DNA from: Heterodontus francisci
Taxonomy: Eukaryota
NCBI RefSeq assembly: GCF_036365525.1
Contig: NC_090415.1
Coordinates: forward strand, 12,400,001 to 12,464,000
DNA: 64,000 nt
Direction: 5' to 3'
The notes below the pieces were generated by a model that was not told the origin of the DNA, made no database searches, and worked only from the letters and a program-made list of their open reading frames with translations. Of the stretch, positions 13,776-24,168 are shown piece after piece. The position numbers and the translations under genes are program-made. How positions within the stretch are numbered: the first letter of the stretch is position 1; each line of letters opens with the position of its first letter.

Positions 13776-14067
13776 GGAGCGGTTTTATAACAATTTTGTG
13801 ACATTCAAAAACAACCCAAGCCCCGCACTGCTCCATGAATTGGAATACCCGATCGAGTAGTGACATTTGCGTAAGCCAGATTTCTATTTCCGTGTTCCAT
13901 TGTTCAATGGACAACAAGTAAGCACTGTTTAAAAAAGTGTCTTTAATCTTCTCACCTGGTCCCTTCAAAGCTGCCGCATCTTTATTGTTCAGCCTTTTTT
14001 TTCTGCTGTTCACTATCTATTAACAATAAAGAATGAGATACTGGATCTGAACTAGGGACATTCATTA

Positions 14068-14512
14068 CTGAAGAAGGGTCACTGACCTGAAGCGTTAACT
14101 CTGCTTCTCTCTCCAAAGATGCAGCCAGACCTGCTGAGTTTAGTTTAGTTTAGCTTCAAGATACAGCACTCAAACAGGCCCTTCGGCCCACCGAGTCTGT
14201 GCCGACCATCAACCACCCATTTATAGTAATCCTACACTAATCCCATACTCCTACCACATCCCCAATTGTCCCCATATTTCCCTACCACCTACCTATACTC
14301 GGGGCAATTTATAATGGCCAATTTGCCTACCAACCTGCAAGTCTTTTGGCTTGTGGGAGGAAACCGGAGCACCCGGAGAAAACCCACGCAGACAGTACCC
14401 TGAATTGTACCCGGTTCGCTGCAGCTGTGAGGCTGCGGTGCCAACCACTGCGCCACATTTCTTGTTTTTATTTCAGATTTCCAGCATCCGCAGTATTTTG
14501 CTTTTTATTATA
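14068..14512 (+). mobile_element. Short Penelope pLTR-derived element with a degenerate hammerhead motif, 13-bp TSD and nested SINE
   Basis: TSD ACATTCATTACTG at 14058-14070 and 14513-14525; matches the PLE tail at 24091-24175; empty site in the paralog near 4475. Confidence 0.8.
14139..14456 (-). mobile_element. HE1/V-SINE-type SINE nested in the PLE-derived element
   Basis: tRNA-like head, V core and (TAAAC)n tail. Confidence 0.85.
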
Positions 14513-14879
14513 ACATTCATTACTGTTTGGAGAGAGAAATCAGCAATGATTTTCAATAGTGAGTTCATCATATTCTGTCTCTCTCTCCCTGTCCAGACAC
14601 TGCCTGAGAAAGACCTCTCCCTTCCCCCCCCCGGCTCACTCCATGTTCCAGGACCAGTTCCTGCTCCACAATGTACATTACAAACTGTCCCCCACTCCCG
14701 CTGAATGTACCCGGTAATCAATGCTAATCTATGAGCACATCGGCAGACACGGGCCCAAATCTGTTGTACTGCTGTGAGCAGATACTGTTTGTTCACTTAC
14801 CCCAGGCTTGTAATGTCTCCATTTGCAGCTGATTTAAACAATCACAGTGAATGGCGCTCAGAGGCAGAGCTGGGGGATG

Positions 14880-14945
14880 GGGTGCGCATGCGCTCTTCTC
14901 CGCGTTATGACGTCATTTTCGACTGTCCTTTCTCGCGCGTGAGCA
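14880..14945. promoter_or_regulatory. Putative promoter with NRF1 and CRE motifs
   Basis: GCGCATGCGC 14884-14893, TGACGTCA 14908-14915, local CpG cluster; lies upstream of a minus-strand ATG and GTAAGT donor. Confidence 0.55.
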
Positions 14946-16574
14946 GATCTCTGCAATAATTCAGCAAATAAACATCAATGGAAACTTCTCCCAATGTCTA
15001 CATTGAAAAGTCAAACATGGGGTTAGGGTGGAGGGAGGGAGGGGAAGTGTGGGGGAACATGGAACATAGAAAACTGGCAGCTGGTCCCATTTAGATGCTC
15101 AAATTGCGGACTCTGTCTGCAGGGTGTTTGTTACTATTGAGCCCCTCTTCTCAAAGCGACAGAAACATGGGAAGAATGAGGGAGCCGGTGTGTTTGCTGG
15201 GACTTTGCAGAGTTAATATCAGCCAGCAACATTTTATTTTACCCGAGTGAAAACCCAGGTCAATGAGAGTAATACCGGACGGCAATCTTCATCGTTTTAT
15301 TTGAAACAAGAGACACGCGATTACACCGGACACACAAGCACAGTGAGAATAGAGCTGGACCGTCCCAGAGTCCCAGCTCCCAGTTGTTAAATGTCCTCAT
15401 GTACACAGTCTTTGCTGTGATTCTCAGGGGTTAGTTGCCGATGCCTCGGTCTGTATCCCTTAAACACTCTGAGCCAGGAGATTCTCGCAGTCCCTGTTGT
15501 AATATTGATGGTCGGGGATTTTTCCAATCTTTGGCCGAGTCGATCATAACCTGTTGTTCAATCATGTTATTATTCAAAGAATTGATGAGACATTCTGTTC
15601 ACTACTCAGGCCTTGAACTCGGTTTGAGCAGACCAAAAACTGAAAGGTTCAGCACTTTTGCAGATAGAGCAGGTAAAGCTGGATAGAGGGACTCAGGGTG
15701 AATCCTACACACACAGGATAGAAGCAGTGACAGGTACTCAGGGAGGGGAACTGGTCTCCTTTCTGTTACCTCCTCACCCAAAAAGAGACAGTTAGAGACT
15801 GATTAAACATCCACCCCACTGCAATTCAGTACTGGAGAAAGACATAGACTCATCTACTCCATCCTTCCTTACTGTATCTGTGACATGGTACAAGGGAAAG
15901 TTTTCCAAAGCCCCTCACTCACAGACAGCAACTGACGTGTGTTCAGTCAGTATTCGTCTATCACTTGTCTGAACAGGGGTCTCTCCAAAAACCTGCAAAT
16001 GCAGAATCCGGAAGCAGCTGTTTTGCTCAGAAATTGGTCGTTGCAGGAGAACCCCTGGCTGAGTGTGGAAACATTTTAGATATGTCCTCAAATCATCTCT
16101 CATTTGGGAAGATAGTTTACAGTTCAGGGAAATTTGTCGGTAACATGTGAAGTCGAGGCTCGATGGCAGCATCCATACCTCCAAACGGGTCATTTACCTG
16201 AACCCTTCTAACACCACCTCACCCTCATGTGGCAGAGTCTGCAGATCATGCATTGGATTTATCAGCTATTTCAGAACCCATCAAACTGGAGTGTAAAAAG
16301 TCATCCATAATCGCAGGGGACTGCCTGAGATGGAGGAGAATAAATAGGTCAATATGACCATCATCAATAATAATAAAGTGCAGAGGGAGGAGAGCGAGAG
16401 GAGGGAGATAGAATAGAGAGGGGAAGTGGCGACAGAAAATGTCCTGTGATTATTGGCCAAAATAGACCTACAAGGTACAAACTCAAGTTCTGTGATCAAG
16501 TCTGAGAGTTTATTAGTCTTAACTAAGATAGATAAAGTGAATGTTTAACAACAGCAATAGGTTTGCAGCATCAC

Positions 16575-16770
16575 TCAGCACCGGTTCTTGCTTCTGTGCT
16601 TGCTGGGGCGTGGACTTCTCTCTTTCTGCTTCCCTTGCTGTTTTCTTGACCGTACTCTATCTTCTCCTTCTAAGTGTGATAATGATGTTCCGTGGACCCC
16701 TCTGTAAGTGCCGACAATGTCCCGTAACACCCTTTCTTTTACCCTTCTTTGGGTGCAAGGATGTCACCAT
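16575..16770 (-). CDS. Candidate protamine-like / sperm basic nuclear protein gene or pseudogene
   Basis: ATG 16770 to TAG 16657 gives MVTSLHPKKGKRKGVTGHCRHLQRGPRNIIITLRRRR; removing 1 nt extends it by RVRSRKQQGKQKERSPRPSKHRSKNRC to TGA 16575; AATAAA at 16514-16509. Confidence 0.4.
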
Positions 16771-17509
16771 ATTAGCTTTGAATTGTTCGAAGTATCCTAA
16801 TTGGACCAAGTTGACATCATTGTTTGACCCTAGTTAGTTAATGGTTCAATCTACACACATTACAGATACTTCCTGTTCCTTTCTATTTTAACAAGGATAC
16901 TAAAGGTCACATTCTTGCTGATAGAAGCCATTTTTTGCAATTCTACAGTGTCCTATTTCTCTCATCTCACCCCCTGTAAGGATGCTGTGGTCTTCAACCT
17001 ATCTCTCCCATTGTTCTTACATAGAGGTTTTAACGGACTATAGTCTTGTAATGTCATTTCATAATGAAGCAAGCATTAGCTCAAACTGACTGTAATATAT
17101 TGATGTACATAGCATACAATTAGTCCTATTATTGTAGCTGTCCTTATTATTCACAAAGGTAAAATATGTCATGATCCATCACCCCCACATTGTGGACCCC
17201 TCCTGCTGCACGACTTTTCTTTCCTTTTTGTCGTGACTCAGTGCATCATCCACACAGACACATCTCTCAACATGGCATTTTGACATATTCCTGTGAAGAT
17301 TACCGTCATGCTTTGCCTTCCAGCCTTGACATAGCAGTTCTTGCATAAATGTAAGCCATGGAAATGCTCTAACCTTTACACAGAGTATAGCAGTGTTCAG
17401 GTGATACAGAAAATCCAGTGAATTGGGCAGAGACAATCAGTTGATCTCTCAAAGTCTCTTAGTTTTATGCTCCTATCTATACTACTTAATACACAACTAT
17501 TCTTTTGCA

Positions 17510-17870
17510 CCTGAAAAGCTTGGATAGATGTCTCTGGATTGTGTTATGTAAGTAAAGGGTTGTTCTCCTTTGAGAAATGGAGATTGAGAGGAGGTTTGAT
17601 AGAGGTGTACATAAGCTAGACAAGGATAACCTGTTCCCATTAGCTGATGGTACAAGGACTAGGAGACACAGACTGATGGTTTACGGCAAGAGATGGAAGG
17701 GAATGTGAGGAAGAACTTTTTCTGTTTTACCTGCTGGACCTCGCTGTCCACAAGTGTGGTGGAAGGAGAGACAATCAATGATTTCAATAAGAAACTGGAT
17801 AAGCACTTGAAGGAAACAAACTTGCTGCAGGGCGACGCTGATCAAGCAAGGAAGTGAATCTGATTGGATG
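17510..17870 (+). mobile_element. Old CR1-group LINE 3' fragment
   Basis: Decayed GLFSFEKWRLRGGLIEVY-type C-terminal coding remnant. Confidence 0.65.
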
Positions 17871-18292
17871 TTGAGAATATTTTGTAAGTCTTATTTCTGA
17901 ATTTGCATTGACATTTTTTAAACTGCAAAATTCCACAGCACACTTGACCATCAACTTTAAGGGAGAAGAACCTAATGTTGAGAATATTTGTCATCTTCAA
18001 TTTAGTCATGGCTTTTCATTTGTCACATTCTGTAGCAAGGTTGCAGAAATATATTTGACCGCGAGTGGGCATTGCAATGACTGGGAATCTAATCTGGGTC
18101 AATTGTTTGGAAGGCAGATATACTCACCACCATACCAGCATCGCTGGCATACATGTAGCTCGTCATTTATACAGTATACACACCAGAGCTCATTGGAACT
18201 CAAATGTCATTTCAACCATTTCAATCTGCACCTTAACACCACGTTCATGTTCCCATTGGAGGATAGAATCATGGAATGGTTACATCATCTCC

Positions 18293-18500
18293 TAGAAACC
18301 GACAAAATTCTAACAGGACTGGACAGACTAGATGTAGGAAGGATGTTCCTGATGGCGGGGGAGTCCAGGACCAGGGGTGACAGTCTAAAGATAAGGGGTA
18401 AGACATTGAGCACTGAGATGAGGAGGGATTTCTTCACCCAGGGAGTGGTGAAGCTGTGGAATTCTCTACCACAGAAAAGAGTTGAGGCCAAATCATCAAA
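18293..18500 (+). mobile_element. CR1-group LINE 3' fragment
   Basis: ETDKILTGLDRLDVGRMF...FFTQGVVKLWNSLP. Confidence 0.8.
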
Positions 18501-19291
18501 TAAATTAGTAAAAGTGTTAGTTGCGCTGGTTTCGGGCGTTCAGCTGCTCAGCAGATGAAATGCATTTCAGTTCCCTCTTGTCATATTTGTAAGGCAATTT
18601 TTTTTACACTTCTACACTTTGTGCACTACTAAAGCGTGTCTGGAATTCGAAAATGATCGTCGCTTCTGTCTGAAGGGATCTCGGGATACGCGGAGAAAGC
18701 GGGAACAGTTTACTGCGTTTCGATGATCTGCCATGATCTGATTGAATGGCGGTGCAGGCTGGAAGGACCGAATGGCCTACTCCTGCTCCTATTTTTCTAT
18801 GTTGCTCAGGCAGCGACCGTTGGGCCCGTCGTGTCGGGGCCGGCTCTCTGCAACACCAGCTCACCTCCTCCCACCGACCCGCCTTTTCTCCATTGCTCTA
18901 CAGTTTTGTTTTATTCTTGATATAATTATCCAATTCTGTTTTCAGGTTCTCGATTGAATCTGCCCCCAACACACTCGATGTTATTCCTCTCCAATTTCAG
19001 ATATTTCTGAAGGAATGGGAATATTCTTGCATGACTCACTTTTAGCCAGTAGATGGCATCAGTCTACAATCATTTGGATCTTGTGATTTGTGTACACACA
19101 TATCGACCGCAATGGGTCTGCTGCTGCCCGGGGAGTTCTCCAAGCACGCCGCCTTGGCAGGGACAAAAACACTGACGAATTATCCCAGTTCCTTGTAAAT
19201 CTCCACAATGTACAGAAATAAAACACGAAACGCAACATCTCTTTTAAAATCCGCCGACAGCTTCTTTGAAACAACTGCCCTGAAAAAAAAT

Positions 19292-19430
19292 ACTGACCCT
19301 GCCCGGAACTGAGTTTGGCATCAGATAACACAACGGCTCTTCAAAGAGACATCAAATTGGCAAAAGATAGAGCTGTTATCTCTTGTTGATTCCAGCACAT
19401 AAACGTCTCAGAAGGATGTGACCACCCTCT
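19292..19430 (+). pseudogene. Orphan histone H3 3' UTR with a broken stem-loop; CDS absent
   Basis: Aligns to 56002-56140 immediately after the H3 stop; stem-loop reads GGCTCTTCAAAGAGAC at 19335-19350. Confidence 0.85.
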
Positions 19431-19785
19431 TTACTATCCACTGATAACTCTCGAAGCAGAGTGACCCAGATTCCTTTGTCTCCATATTGCAGCTGGGAAT
19501 TTCAGGACCTTGCAGTTTTCAGTGTGAGAGCAGTGACACCATTGTATACAAGTCATTTTATCAGAGTAGCTCATTTTAGAACTCAAGACACGCCTTACTG
19601 GTATATAAACGGTAGTATTGTAAAAAAGCCTTACAAATATGGCAAGAGAAAATTAAAATGCATTCCATCTGATGAGCAGATAAATGCTTGACTCCAGTAC
19701 AATTCATAGCAACACAAAATAACGCGAACAGTGTAACATTACCGTCTCTCAGACAGTAACCAGCCCTTTCACAGATAAAGTGGGT

Positions 19786-19801
19786 GGCTCTGAAAAGAGC
19801 C
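19786..19801 (-). terminator. Histone 3' stem-loop of H2A copy 1
   Basis: CCAAA-GGCTCTTTTCAGAGCC-ACCCA followed by the purine-rich HDE GAAAGGGCTG. Confidence 0.95.
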
Positions 19802-19831
19802 TTTGGGTTGTCAAATTCAGGTCTGGCAGCT

Positions 19832-20221
19832 TCACTTGCCCTTCGTGCTCGGAGCGCTGGTTTTCTTGGGCAGCAGCACGGCCTGGATATTAGGCAGCAC
19901 ACCGCCTTGTGCGATGGTCACCCCTCCCAGCAGCCTGTTGAGCTCCTCGTCGTTGCGGACGGCCAGCTGCAGGTGTCTGGGGATGATGCGGCTCTTCTTG
20001 TTGTCCCGGGCCGCGTTGCCGGCCAGCTCGAGGATTTCAGCTGTCAGATACTCGAGCACAGCAGCCAGATAGACCGGGGCTCCGGCACCCACCCGCTCAG
20101 CATAGTTGCCCTTTTTAAGGAACCTGTGAACACGGCCCACCGGGAACTGCAGTCCAGCTCGGGAGAAGCGGGACTTGGCCTTGGACCGAGCTTTACCACT
20201 GGTCTTCCCTCTTCCAGACAT
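19832..20221 (-). CDS. H2A: Histone H2A, replication-dependent, 129 aa (copy 1)
   Basis: MSGRGK...AGLQFPVGR...[21 protein letters not shown]...[13 protein letters not shown]; intronless; stem-loop downstream. Confidence 0.97.
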   Translation of the reverse strand: MSGRGKTSGKARSKAKSRFSRAGLQFPVGRVHRFLKKGNYAERVGAGAPVYLAAVLEYLTAEILELAGNAARDNKKSRIIPRHLQLAVRNDEELNRLLGGVTIAQGGVLPNIQAVLLPKKTSAPSTKGK

Positions 20222-20319
20222 TTCCACAATCTCACAAGCACTTTCACGAAGAATGTTGAGATCCGCCCACATTCCTCCTCCTTGTACCTTCTGGAGGAAT
20301 GGAGTGGTGGGCACTGCTG

Positions 20320-20470
20320 ATTGGTCACTCTGTTCTGTCCTCTTCATGTAACCAATCGGAGAGCTGCTGAATTCACCAATCAGGAGACGCCAAGGAGATG
20401 AGGGCGGAAAATAACGGCGCCAAATTGTCAGACTGCAACCGATTTGTCAAATTTGAAAAGCCCGCCAATA
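20320..20470 (-). promoter_or_regulatory. H2A copy 1 promoter
   Basis: CCAAT boxes at 20320-20324, 20352-20356 and 20376-20380; E2F/CHR-like TTGGCGGGCTTTTCAAA at ~20452-20468; no canonical TATA. Confidence 0.7.
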
Positions 20471-21163
20471 TATTGGGGCGGCTTCAATGCAGAATATCAC
20501 ATTTATAGTTCTTTTTGTACGGTGAAATAAATAAAACCTTTTTCATATTGTGTTATTCTACATTTGGTAACAAGTTCCACATTGGCTTTTACATTCTGAC
20601 ATCTATTCGGGTTTACTCTCTGTCCTTTTTAAAACCAGCGAGCAGAAAGTCTCTTTCACAACATTCTCCAACCGGGCACATTTCATGTCAATTTTCATAA
20701 TAATACCGCATCACTGATGAACGATTGTTTGTTATTCGTGGGAGACAACCGCGGAGTGTAGATTTTCAGTGTCAGGTGTCAGCGTGTGAGACGGAGGGTT
20801 CCGACACCACCGGGGGTTCTAGATAATGTAATTATTAATTTTTGAAGTCAAACTTGAACTAGGGAAATAAGGGACTGCGAACTGATGTATGTGCGTTAAA
20901 TCAGCTTTTATTGTCGAAATACAGAAAAGGGGCCGAATATGAACACGTCCGAGAACAAACCTCACAAATGGTCAGTGGTCAGTAATTTATGTACGGGACA
21001 TTATTAGTTAGAGACAGAAAGATCGCACGGGCAGTGAAACTGCATTAACCAGAATCTATGGGAGTAAAACAGAGATCACAAAGGCAAGGACACTTGATAT
21101 ATAAATCAATATAAGTCGATACTATACACACAATGTTGTAGCTTTTTCAGAGAAGTTGTGGGT

Positions 21164-21179
21164 GGCTCTTAAAAGAGCC
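21164..21179 (-). terminator. Histone 3' stem-loop of H2B copy 1
   Basis: GGCTCTTTTAAGAGCC-ACCCA. Confidence 0.95.
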
Positions 21180-21218
21180 TTTTTGTCTTTTGGGTGTGTT
21201 TCAGTACATTGCGGATAT

Positions 21219-21599
21219 TTACTTGGAGCTGGTGTACTTGGTGACCGCCTTTGTACCTTCCGACACGGCGTGTTTGGCCAGCTCCCCGGGCAGCAGCAAG
21301 CGCACGGCGGTCTGGATCTCCCGGGAGCTGATGGTGCTGCGTTTGTTGTAATGGGCCAGGCGGGAAGCTTCACGCGCGATTCGCTCGAAAATATCATTCA
21401 CAAACGAATTCATGATGCTCATGGCCTTGGAGGAGATGCCGGTGTCAGGGTGAACCTGCTTCATCACTTTGTACACGTAGATGGAGTAACTTTCTTTCCT
21501 GGATTTTCTCCTTTTCTTGCTGCCCTTTGTTGGCGCCTTCTTCAGAACTTTCTTGGCGCCCTTCTTGGAACCTGCTGCAGTTTTCTTCTCGTCAACCAT
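21219..21599 (-). CDS. H2B: Histone H2B, 126 aa (copy 1)
   Basis: [26 protein letters not shown]...[34 protein letters not shown]. Confidence 0.97.
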   Translation of the reverse strand: MVDEKKTAAGSKKGAKKVLKKAPTKGSKKRRKSRKESYSIYVYKVMKQVHPDTGISSKAMSIMNSFVNDIFERIAREASRLAHYNKRSTISSREIQTAVRLLLPGELAKHAVSEGTKAVTKYTSSK

Positions 21600-21652
21600 G
21601 ATCACGATCAACTTCAGACACAGAATAACCGAAATTTTGCTCCAAGCTCGCA

Positions 21653-21785
21653 TTTTATAGACATCCCCAGAACCCTATGCTAATGAGGAATGGGAGAAGG
21701 CCATGTTCATGATTGGCTGGTTTACAATGATGTCACTGCCTGATGTTCTATATCTATCTGATTGGGTGTCTAAAGTAACCAATCA
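21653..21785 (-). promoter_or_regulatory. H2B copy 1 promoter
   Basis: TATAAAA 21659-21653; variant octamer ATGCTAAT 21677-21684; CCAAT at 21712-21716, 21761-21765 and 21779-21783. Confidence 0.85.
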
Positions 21786-22031
21786 CATTTTGTGCTTCTC
21801 ACAGACACAAACTGTCGCAGCAGTCAGATCGTCCAAACCCCTTTGCCCGCCCTCATACATCTACATCAGTGACTTTCTGAGTCCCTCTTCCTCATCAACC
21901 ATTTCTATTTTGCTAGTACGAACTCGTCTCTTTTTTCACTCTCTATAGTTCCCTTCCTAATCAGGATGTAGCGCCCCTCTGCACTTCCGTCCATCAACAG
22001 GACCGAATCGTCCAGTATAGTGGGTGTCAGA

Positions 22032-22995
22032 TACATAAATGATTTGGAGGAAAGTATAGGTGGTCTGATTAGCAAGTTTGCAGACGACACTAAGATTGGT
22101 GGAGTAGCAGATAGTGAAGGGGTCTGTCAGAGAATACAGCAGAATATAAATAGATTGGAGAGTTGGGCAGAAAAATGGCAGATGGAGTTCAATCAGGGCA
22201 AATGCGAGGTGATGCATTTTGGAAGATCCAATTCAAGAGTGAATTATACAGTAAATGGAAAAGTCCTGGGGAAAATTGATGTACAGAGAGACTTGGGTGT
22301 TCAGGTCCATTGTTCCCTGAAGGTGGCAAAGCAGGTCAATAGAGTGGTCAAGAAGGCATACGGCATGCTTTCCTTCATTGGACGGGGTATTGAGTACAAG
22401 GGTTGGCAGGTCATGTTACAGTTGTATTAGACTTTGGTTCGGCCACATTTGGAATACTGCGTGCAGTTCTGGTCGCCACATTACCAAAAGGATGTGGATG
22501 CTTTGGAGAGGGTGCAGAGGAGGTTCACCAGGATGTTGCCTGGGATGGAGGGTGCTAGCTATGAAGAGAGGTTGAGCAGATTAGGATTATTTTCATTAGA
22601 AAGACGGAGGTTGAGGGGGGACCTGATTGAGGTGTACAAAATCATGAGAGGAATAGACAGGGTGGATAGCAAGAAGCTTTTTCCCCAGAGCGGGGGATTC
22701 AATTACTAGGGGTCACGAGTTCAAAGTGATAGGGGAAAAGTTTAGGGGGGATATGCGTGGAAAGTTCTTTACACAGAGGGTGGTGGGTGCCTGGAACGTG
22801 TTGCCAGCGGAGGTGGTAGACGCGGGCACGATAGCGTCTTTTAAGATGTATCTAGACAGATACATGAATGGGCAGGAAGCAAAGAGATACAGACCCTAAG
22901 AAAATAGGCGACATGTTTAGATAGAGGGTCTGGATCGGCACAGGCTTGGAGGGCCGAAGGGCCTGTTCCTGTGCTGTAATTTTCTTTGTTCTTTG
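22032..22995 (+). mobile_element. 5'-truncated CR1 LINE (RT C-terminal half plus 3' UTR)
   Basis: INDL...SKFADDTKIGG...[13 protein letters not shown]; absent from the paralog at ~58985. Confidence 0.92.
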
Positions 22996-24085
22996 AGTGG
23001 GGCAAATGCGAGCATTGAAGTGCAAGTCCTTATCTCCATGTAGCGTGCCAAATAAGATTGGTCAGCTGCAGTCACAAGTAACCACATGAAAGATTTATAT
23101 GACAGCGCTTCTGATATGTCTTCCTTTTTCCTCAACCGAGGATACCCTTGTCCTCACTTTCCACCCCATCAGCCTCCACATCCAAAGAATCATCCTCCGC
23201 CATTTCTGCCACCTCCAGCGTGATGCCACGACCAAATACATCTTCCCCTCCCTTCCCCTGTCAGCATTCCGAAGGGATCATTCCCTCCGCGACACCCTGG
23301 TCCACTCCTCCATTACCCCCACCACCTTGTCCCCTTCACATGGCACCTTCCCCTGCAATCACAGGAGATATAATACCTGCCCATTTTACTCCTCTCTACT
23401 CACAATCCCAGGCCCCAAACACTCCTTTCGAGTGAAGCAGCGATTTACTTGTACTTCTTTCAATATGGTATACTGTATTCGCTGCTCACAATGTGGTCTC
23501 CTCTACATTGGGGAGACCAAACATATACTGGGTGACCGCTTTGCGTAACACCTCCGCTCAGTCCGAAAGCATGACCCCGAGCTTCCGGTTGCTTGTCATT
23601 TCAACACTCCCCCCTGCTTACATCTCTGTCCTGGGATTGCTGCAGTGTTACAGTGAACATCAAGGTAAGCTCGAGGAACAGCATCTCATTTACCGATTAG
23701 GCACAATACAACCTGCCAGACTGAGCATTGAGTTCAATAATTTCAGAGCATGACGGGCCCCCCAATTTACTTTTATTTTTAGTTATTCTTTCCTTTTTAT
23801 CTTTATTTTTATATTTATTTTATTTTATATCACCTCAGTTGGTTCAGTTTGCTTACCCACTTTTTTTCATATTTGTACTTGCGGCTGTTCAATTTTCATC
23901 CATTAACACCCGATCTGTACGAATGCTTTGTCTTTCAACACACCATTAACATAATGTTTGCCTTTGCTCCATGACCTTCTGGTCAGCTATTCTGTGACAT
24001 TTTCCTTTCTACACCTTCTCCCATGTTATCTCTTGCCCCACCCCCGCTTTACTTGCTTAAAACCTTTCACATTTCTAATATTTAC

Positions 24086-24124
24086 CAGTTCTGAAGAAGG
24101 GTCACTGACCAGAAATGTTAACTC
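24086..24124 (+). ncRNA. Minimal type I hammerhead ribozyme motif in the PLE tail
   Basis: AGTT-CTGAAGA-A-GGGTC ACT GACCA-GAAA-TGTT-AACT: core boxes, stem II GGUC/GACC, stem I AGUU/AACU. Confidence 0.65.
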
Positions 24125-24168
24125 TGCTTCTCTCTCCACAGATGCTGCCAAACCAGCTGAGTATATCC

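Noticed and set aside
17908-18558. 216-aa ORF as a novel gene
   Set aside because: Non-ATG start; the C-terminal third is a CR1 fragment and the rest has no recognisable features.
19784-21683. Long ORFs antisense to or overlapping histone genes (also 52994-53554, 55504-56100, 56477-57013, 57812-58306)
   Set aside because: Expected shadows of GC3-rich histone codons; no independent start, promoter or homology evidence.
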